Below are positions 54,701-64,000 of a stretch of DNA of 64,000 nucleotides, one piece after another. The notes under the pieces were generated by a model, which saw only the letters and a list, made by a program, of their open reading frames with translations, did no database searches and had not been told where the DNA came from. Numbering within the stretch: position 1 is the stretch's first letter; the number at the start of each line of letters is the position of its first letter. This DNA comes from the human T2T-CHM13v2.0 reference genome, Homo sapiens, in the NCBI RefSeq assembly GCF_009914755.1, contig NC_060926.1, one strand, 5' to 3'. The position numbers and the translations under genes are program-made.

Positions 54701-56260
54701 ACATTGCCCAATGCCCAGAGCATAGTCTAAGGCGCACATGTTGGTTTTTCCTAGTTGGGGTACATCTATCTTACGAAAGTCTAGCCCTTGGTTCTAGGAT
54801 CCCTGCAACTATCGTTGGACTTGAGCTGTTTCAACACTTCTTTTCAAAGGAGTGAAGTGGGATTATGGTTTAGAAGATCTGCTATCTCTTTAGAGTTTAA
54901 CTTATTAATAATCAAACTTTCATATTTTTGGGAAATAATAAAATGAAATTCTTTTTGAATTTCCTTACCACTGTTGCTTATAATCTTATGAGTTATGTTA
55001 TTTAATTTTTGTATTAGTTGAGGAGCTTATATGAATTTTAATTCCGGAAGGAGACATCAGAGAAGCCTTGTAAAAATATTTTATGCTCTTTGCTTTCCTG
55101 CCCTACACACAGCTTCTTCCTTTAAATCACTGCATGGTACATGCTGTGGTCACTGGCATCCTGCATGTTTGAATCAGAACTTCTTTCCTCCATCATATCA
55201 CTTCTCATCTGCTTCTGATCTTTACATTTTCACCCTGACCTTATATCCAATCCTCAGTTTTGCCTTCATGTTCTATTCTTCCACCTACTATCAACTCTCA
55301 TCCTGTAGTTTTCCACCTTGGTTTGTGTTCCTGGCTTGGAACATGGTTATTCATTTTGTTACAATGTGAACATGCTTATTTTGCCTTGGGGAATTGAGGA
55401 TAATCACTCTTCCTGCCCTGAAGAATCCCTGTAGATGATGTTTCCACTAGCATCACCCTAGATCCACAAGTGGAGTCCATATGGAACTGACAGGTCGAAA
55501 GAGGAATTTTTCAAAGAGTAAAGTTTTGAAACAATATATGAAGAGTTACTATAAGGCAGAGATATTCCTTGTTTTTAGATTTTTAGGTATTCTGTTAAAA
55601 TACTATTTAAGAATTTTTTATATATAATAGGAAGTCAACTATATATAGATGATTTAGATACAACACGTTAGTGTCTAAACATGTACATCAGATTGAACCT
55701 CATGACCAATGACAATATTAACATCCAAATAATTTGAAACAGGCCTTTTAAATCTTTGAAATGGCTGTATTTATCATGCCTTATTCTAGTAATTTGGTTG
55801 CATTAATAGTGCTTGAGGTTAAATTGGTCATTGAATAGGATTTATCATTGTTGTAAGTTATCAGTATACTCAAATTTACATAATCTGTAACAGTACTACT
55901 GCATGAATATGGAAAGCATAGTGTATTTTCTCAAGTTGGTTTTCAGAACTCTGATTAATGTTTATATGATGAGAATACTATTACAATGTTAATTTATTGC
56001 AAGTATAATGTATTTACTTAAACATACTTTTAAAAGCATGATGTTACAAAATCTCCTTTTAAAAAAACTATAAGTAATAGTTATTAAGGGTTCCCAGGAG
56101 AGCAGTTTTATTTCTTGTAAAAATATTAAATTCAGCTATTTAAAAAATTATGTCTTTCAGTATCAAGTTACATTGTTAAAAAATACAATGAATCTGATAT
56201 ATAAATTTGATGAGATATAACCTAAGCATAGTTATTTCTAAAAGTTTCTATTTGATTTAC

Positions 56261-56568
<308 letters not shown>

Positions 56569-57607
56569 AATCCACTGATATTTCTAATATTCATGTTAAG
56601 TGACAGAAGACCACCAGAATTTGATTTCTAGCCACTTTGCTCTAGGGTGGGTGGTGGTAGGTAACTGAAATTTCCTCTGGCTTCATCTTCTTGGGGGTGC
56701 AAGCGGGGTCTCTGCAATTCATAGGTGAGTTTCCATTTTGTTTATACAGGACTTTACACTAAATGCACCTCAAGTACTTTCAGAAATCCCAATGAGGTGA
56801 ATCAAATGTACTGAGGAGTGAGCACAATCATTTTAGGCATTATAGTACTACTCCTGGTACTCCTTTTGTCTGACCACTGCAATTAGTTCTTAAGAGTACA
56901 ACAGTCTCCATGGGCTCCAGTGGGTGGCAATGTTTTTCATGAGGATTCACTGGGCTCCTCTCCATTGTCTTGGCCACTACCGCCCCTGTGCTCCTGTGCT
57001 GCAATCTTGTAATGGATGCTTTGCATGTTTCCCTGATCACTGCACTGCTTTACTGGATTTTCATGACACTGAAGCTGTTTCATGGTCAAAGAGAAAGTGG
57101 AGACTGCATCTCTATTTACATTACACCATCTGAAAGGTCCTAAAACAGCTCTATTTCTACACCCAATGTTGCGTAGTGTTTTTAGTTAAGAAATTACATT
57201 ATTACTTACAATCTCTTTGCCTTTTGTAGAACTCAACCATAATTTGAGATCTGGGCTAGGAGACAAAGCTGGTGATAAAAATCATACTTTGTTTCTCCAT
57301 TTCTACATTGATGCTTCCTTTCTGGGTCAGACTCCTCTTGTCTGGCTGTTTCTTTTTTCATCTCTCTGGATGGATTATCTCTTAGGGTGTTAATTGGTCC
57401 TTATGAAAACAGATTTCTGTTGAGCTTATACCAGTTTACTAGACAGACTAATGTTTGAATCCTTTTTCAATTTTTTCTTCCCTTGTTTCTTTTTTTCCCT
57501 TCCTCTCTCTCCCTTTCTTCTTTCTTTTTTTAAAAATCATCTTCTTATCATCAAATGTATTTCATATATGTCTAAGTAAAAATCACATACTAAAATAAAA
57601 GAGGTAC

Positions 57608-58112
57608 TGTTAGCTGTAGAAGAGATCCGAGTTACCCCGAGCGGTTCTGAAGCAACTTCAGTCTTTGCCTCTTCAGAAGAAAGAAATCGTCTGAGGGGCA
57701 TAAAACAGAAAAAGAGACCGAGGAAAGTTCCAGAGCAGGAATGGAAGTTTATTTAACGGGCTTTAGAACAGGAAAGAACCCTTGGACAAGATCCAAGTGA
57801 GTGCCTGAATGTCAAAGAGAGACAAAAAGAGCCTTTAACTTTGATCCTGAGATTTTATAGGCTGCCTTTTTCCCATGATTCTTCCCTTAGGGTGGGCTTC
57901 CTATGTGGGCAGTGCCTTCCTTACCCTTGGGAATTGAGCATGCGCAGTGTGTTTAGAAAGTTGTACGCATGCCTGGAAGTTTTTTCTCATGGCACCTGCA
58001 TTCAGTTAACACGTTTAATGTTAATAGCTGTGGATCATCAGGAGATTGTCTTACCTTTCGGCTGCTGAATTATCATTTTTAGAGAGGCATTGTGATAATC
58101 CTGGAACCATCA
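57608..58112 (-). mobile_element. MER50-like ERV1 LTR (partial)
   Basis: tgtta..atccgagttacc..cagaagaaagaa..ctgaggggcataa..gagaccgagg..gcatgcgcagtg..atcatttttagagaggca. Confidence 0.75.
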
Positions 58113-58739
58113 CATTTTAATTAAAATGTATTTTTAAAGCATTATGTAAAATGATGACAAGGTAGAATTCAAATAAGGAAAATCTTAATTCATTCAGCTA
58201 ACATTTAATTTCTCTTACCTTTATTGAGAACCCATTTTAGATTCTCATATGTTTGAGTAAAATAATAATTCTATAAGTTATAATAGAAGTAAGCCCAAAC
58301 AATATCAGCCAAATAGAAGGCCATTTTGGAGGTGAGCAGCAGGCATATTTCCAAATTTGAAAGAACAGAAATGTGATTGAAAATCAGACTTGTTTTGTGT
58401 TTACTATCCATCATTTTCAATGCCTTCACCAAAATTTACACTCTCACCTAGTCAGAGGGGAAAAATGCAAGTTGTAACAAAGTTCACCTGAATTTCCTGC
58501 CCTATCTCCTGGAAGAGACTAAAACTCACCCTAACTTTATGACAATTCCCCTTAGGAAATAGGAGATTCTTCTAAGCATGCAGAAATAATTTTCAAAGTG
58601 CCATTAGGAATGTTCCCATAACCAACTTTTTTTTTTTCCTATAAGGACCTAAAAACTATTTTTACTTCATAATTCAAATAGAGACAAATTGAGAAATGGT
58701 CTTGGTTAGTTTCTTACTGTCTGTTCACCACATCTGATT

Positions 58740-59623
<884 letters not shown>

Positions 59624-60459
59624 AGAACAAATTTGTGTTTTGATACATTGGAAAGGCTGGAAACTGAGAATATGGTTTCATTATAAGTCTCTGTAATAGC
59701 TGAGGGAACCATAAGGTGCCAACTAGAATTTTTACTATTATTCCTGAATTGGCTGAGACCTAAGAACAGAAAGTGTTCCTCAATCTAAAGGAAGCATCAA
59801 TCAGCCTACAGTTGGAGAAAGCCACCTCACAACTGTGCCAACTGAATGTTAGCCATACTCCCAAGAATATTCTACCACCTTCCTTTCTAGTCATAATAAG
59901 AAGGGTTAGAGAGATACGCGTCGTTGGCTTTATGGGTTGAATAGTATTTTAGTGGGAGTTTATTCCCTCTCTTTAAAGGGTATAGGTGCTTTTTACAGAA
60001 TAAAACCTCATAAGGAAAATCCTACGAAAATCAAGATTAGAGGTATCTGAGCAAAGGTACTGGCATCTCATTCTCTTGTTGGAATCATAATAAGTTGCCA
60101 GCATGTAGTACCACCCTGATGTTACTCAGATATCATAGTAGGTAGTGTGGGAGTCCTTGGGATGTAATTTTGGAGTCCTGGGAATATGGGGTAATTTTCT
60201 GTTTGGTTACATCCTACTACTATTGGAAAGAAAAGGGAATTGTTTGATGTGTGGGCTATAAAATTTGTTGAAAATATCTGTAACAGCCAAAATGAGCAGG
60301 ACATAAAGTTTAAGAAAAACATCTATCGCATATTGACTATTTGCACTGTTTGAAGGACCCTACAATGTATGCATTGTAGAAGAGGTACCTCACTCTTCCC
60401 ATAGCTCTGTGTGAAGGATCAACCATTGGGTAACTTGATGTCACATCCAACTTAACAAA

Positions 60460-60657
60460 TACATTAGGGGTGTACCAAAGGCAGACATATCCCCCTGAAG
60501 GAGTTTCTAACTATGTCCTTTGTACAAGTTAGACAAAAGCACCACTGAGTGGACACAGCCTTGAGAAACAGAGTGGGGACTGGATTTCAGCATCCAATTA
60601 CCTCATTCGCTGGGCACCCTTGTGCATAGACTGCACAACTCCACGTGGTGGTTCTAC
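60460..60657. mobile_element. MER91-like hAT-Tip100 fragment
   Basis: ggactggatttcagc..gggcacccttgtgca..ctgcacaac..gtggtggttct. Confidence 0.55.
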
Positions 60658-60659
60658 TT

Positions 60660-61214
60660 ATCAGCAAGGAGGGCAGGGGTGACACTGAACACTGCCCCAA
60701 GAGAACCACGTACACCAACTCTGAAGCATAGCATGATTAGCAGAGATGATCAGTGTCAGACTCAATCGGTGAGTCTCGGAACACCTTTTATCGGTATGTG
60801 GGCCGTAACATTAGGACATTTTTGTCTTCTCTGTCCTCCTTTCTGCCTTCTACAGCAGAGAAACTAGTGCCTAGATAAAAAAGAAGAAATGTCTCTAAGC
60901 CAGGCCACCACGCACTCCCTCACTCTTTGGCAATCAAAGCTTACTCTTCAATGTGGAGGTGGGAGATGGGAGGACACAAGCACATAAACATAGAACGAAG
61001 TTTAAGAATAGTCTTTTTGAGGAAACCAGAACTGAGTCTTAAAAATAAAATGACACAATGACAATAGCCAAATGTAACATGAAAGGGATGGAATTTAGCC
61101 AAAATAATATTAAGTGGAACAACATAGCATGGTTGAAAGGTTATTACTGGAAAAATTAAAATTATTTATGCTTGTACCCTGATGACTTGAAACTCTTTCG
61201 ATAAACTGATTACA
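60660..61214 (+). mobile_element. Possible ancient LTR 3' part (LTR78-like), family uncertain
   Basis: Ends ..ttatgcttgtaccc..tcgataaactgattaca, resembling ancient LTR 3' termini. Confidence 0.3.
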
Positions 61215-61892
61215 CATTAAACTTAGGACTTGAATTAAAAAAAAAATAAGTGGAAATGTAAGTCAAAACAAATTGTTTAACCTAATTTGTAAATTTTCCA
61301 GCCATGAAATTTCTTCTCTCTGTTCTTCCTCCTTTGTCTAATTTTCCTTCCTAAATCAGAAGTTTTGGGGATATTGTGGTCTATAGCCACACTTTACATC
61401 TACACATTGTCAAATTTGATATATTTGTATGTTTTCTAATAAGCCCTTTGAAAACTGCAGCACATTCAATTTCTACTTGCTCAGTCTCTGAAATCTAGTC
61501 ATTTTAACTCTAGATAGCACTGTTTTTAAATATAGAAAATAAAAAATATACTCTTCTTTAAATGTCCTATAAAACTATTTTCATGTATATTTCTGTCATC
61601 CTTATTTCTCTGGTGACATATGCAGTTTCTTTTTATTGTTTACTTTTTCTTTAAAATGAGAGATGAAATAACATTATTTCAAGGAGCTGAAAAGTCAGTC
61701 TAAAATTATTTAGTGAATTTCATCTGTGGAAACATTTTTCTTTTGGTCATTTTGTATTTCCAGTGAACTACATTTTAGATTTCACAAATTAGAGATGAAA
61801 ATGTGCATCAGAGCCTTTATTTAAAGCAATATACTAATCAGGAGAACAATTTATTTTTAAATATAACTATTTCTCAGAATCACTGGTTTATA

Positions 61893-62121
61893 TTGAGAGC
61901 TTATCTGGAGGTTCTAGCACAATAGCACAACTACCAGTACACCCTGGATGATGAACAGTCCTCCTCTATCTGGGAAGGTTGCTCTCTTTGACTAAGCTCT
62001 CAGCTTCAGAAGGGATGCACATGGAACAGTAAGGTTGAAAGGGGCACCTGCTTAGCCAGACAGATCAGCCCAAACAACCCTGGTGATCAGTGGAGCGATG
62101 TTGCAGCCAGATGACCTTCAC
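61893..62121 (-). pseudogene. 7SK snRNA retropseudogene (RN7SKP-type), 3'-truncated at about nt 240
   Basis: The reverse complement GTGAAGGTCATCTGGCTGCAACATC..CAGGGTTG..GCTGATCTG..CCATGTGCATCCC..GATAGAGGAGGAC..GCTAGAACCTCCAGATAAGCTCTCAA aligns with 7SK. Confidence 0.93.
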
Positions 62122-64000
62122 TAGTTTATTTTGAAATATTCATCTGCATCACTAGATTTTTTTCAAAGAAATTTAACTACATGTTAACATATACAATACA
62201 ATTCGTGTACCAGTATGAAAATACATTATTGTAGTAAGTTCTACATTTTCATGAAGAAAAGAAAATTAAACATATCTTAATTGTACAAATAGTTTAAGCC
62301 AATATTGACTTTAGAATACTAGAATTAGTCAAAATATAGGTCTTTTAAATTACTTCAGTACTAAGTTTCTTACTAGGCTTGAAAGACACCCTATTCTCAT
62401 TAGTGATATATTTACTTACCAAATACTAGGGTGGATGCCTGCAGTATATCACTTATATATGCATTTTATGTTGTTTTTTATTTCAAGTTTAGAGTAAAAT
62501 TTTTGACATCACATTCTGAGATTACATTTTCTCCTGAGCTAATAGCACCCTACATGTTGGATATAGATGAAATGTTAAAATCCAATTCTGATTCCCCTCA
62601 TTAAGTGAATTAACAAGAGTTATATTATTGCTGTGTAACAGAACCAGAATTTACACGAAGGAATCCCCAATTTTCAGTTTAGGGTTATATTTCCCATAAC
62701 TTATGATGTCTATATTTTAAGTAAACTTTTTTTCTAACAAAAAAGACTGATGTGACTCAGTTTATAGTGTGTATCCATTCTGTCACATGCAAATGATGTT
62801 GAAATTCCTGGAAAACAAGAATGAAGTGATGGAAGATCATCACTTGATATTGCTTATCTCTTTAGTTCTGTCTTAAAATATCTTTTGAAACCAGTATTTT
62901 TTTCTTCATTTCTTTCAATAGCCAACACAAACTTTGTTAAGAGAGATAAGAAAAAAGGAAAAATTAGAAAAAATATTATTCCAGGGTGTCTTAGGGCTGT
63001 TAAAAACTACTGAAAAGGATTTACATTTTCAAAGAATCAGGGATGTAGTCTCCTTCCTCATAATTATGCAGAAGAATACACAAACGGTAGTTAAAATGTT
63101 AAATGATCTAGGAATAATACAGCCAATGAGGTCTATGGTATAATATTGTTATCAAAAATATGGAAAATAGTATTTCTAAAGAAGAATATGGAATTCATTT
63201 TCTGGGAGTAGAAACTATGCATGACCTCAGTCTTCAAGAACTGTAAGTTTTGCAAAGTTTGTCAACTTCAGGATAAAATACAAATTCCTTAACTTAGTGA
63301 ACGAGATTTTGTGACTTGCCACTGCCCACATCTTCAGCTTTGTTTCTGCTATCTTCCCACATTTTCTGTGCACTTTTATCACTCCTGGGTATAGGTACTT
63401 TCCTAAACTTTCTTTTCTCTCTATTTTTGGCAAATGGTAGTATCTTAGTTTTCCCCCAGCTCAGTTTTCAAGACTCAGCTTAGGTGAAGTGTCACTGTGT
63501 AATTGTAAAATTCTCTGTAACCCACCATCCAATCGTTTTCAAAGGATTTTTTACCTGTGTTCAAAACTTAGTGAGCAAACACATTTTTAATACCTATCTC
63601 TTTATTATTAATGCATCTAGTGCATAATTTCTGGTCATAAAATATTTATTCAATAAATAAATGATGTTAGAGTTAAGAAATAGAAATGAATACAAACAAA
63701 GCATATTTGCCTCAGTTAGGGGTTATTTGCCTAATCCAGCAGATCAGATCTTGCCTCCCTTCTATGAGCATATCTTGTACTTTTTCTCTAAAAATTTCTG
63801 CAAGAAAAAACAGGACTGTGAAATGCTTTTTGCTTTCACACATTATTCATAAAAGAATGACATTTTAATTTTTACAAATTGAGATGTCTTTTGTCACACC
63901 CAGTGATATCAGCCAGGCTCACCTCTGATGTCAGTGAGTTTACTATAGTTCATTTCTACATGGACGGGTCAGCCTCTAGTGCAAAAGACTCGAGCAGGGC

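Noticed and set aside
60360-60398. Adjacent small dyads ctacaatg-tatg-cattgtag and gaggtacctc
   Set aside because: Stems of 8 bp or less are expected by chance in 64 kb, and they lie next to decayed repeats.

Overview
AT-rich, CpG-poor primate (human-like) genomic DNA, intronic or intergenic. It contains no credible protein-coding gene, CpG island, CRISPR array, rRNA or tRNA. The supplied ORFs are Alu-, L1- or LTR-derived, or are chance ORFs. Much of the window is interspersed repeat: Alu (J/S/Y), old L1M and younger L1PA, L2/MIR, ERV1/ERVL/MaLR LTRs and DNA transposon relics. There is also one 3'-truncated 7SK retropseudogene. Repeat subfamily names come from my recollection of consensus sequences, not a RepeatMasker run, and many boundaries are approximate. 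Four structures are the most unusual: (1) a 203-bp, 201/203-identical direct repeat with a 1372-bp offset in apparently unique sequence, flanking a segment rich in splice signals; (2) a 50-bp inverted duplication around an AT-rich palindromic filler at an L1 deletion junction; (3) a tailless 7SK retrocopy whose target-site duplication (TSD) overlaps its ends; (4) a twin-primed (5'-inverted) L1PA carrying a nested ERV1 solo LTR. I found no support for a new multi-gene biological system; the novelty is structural.
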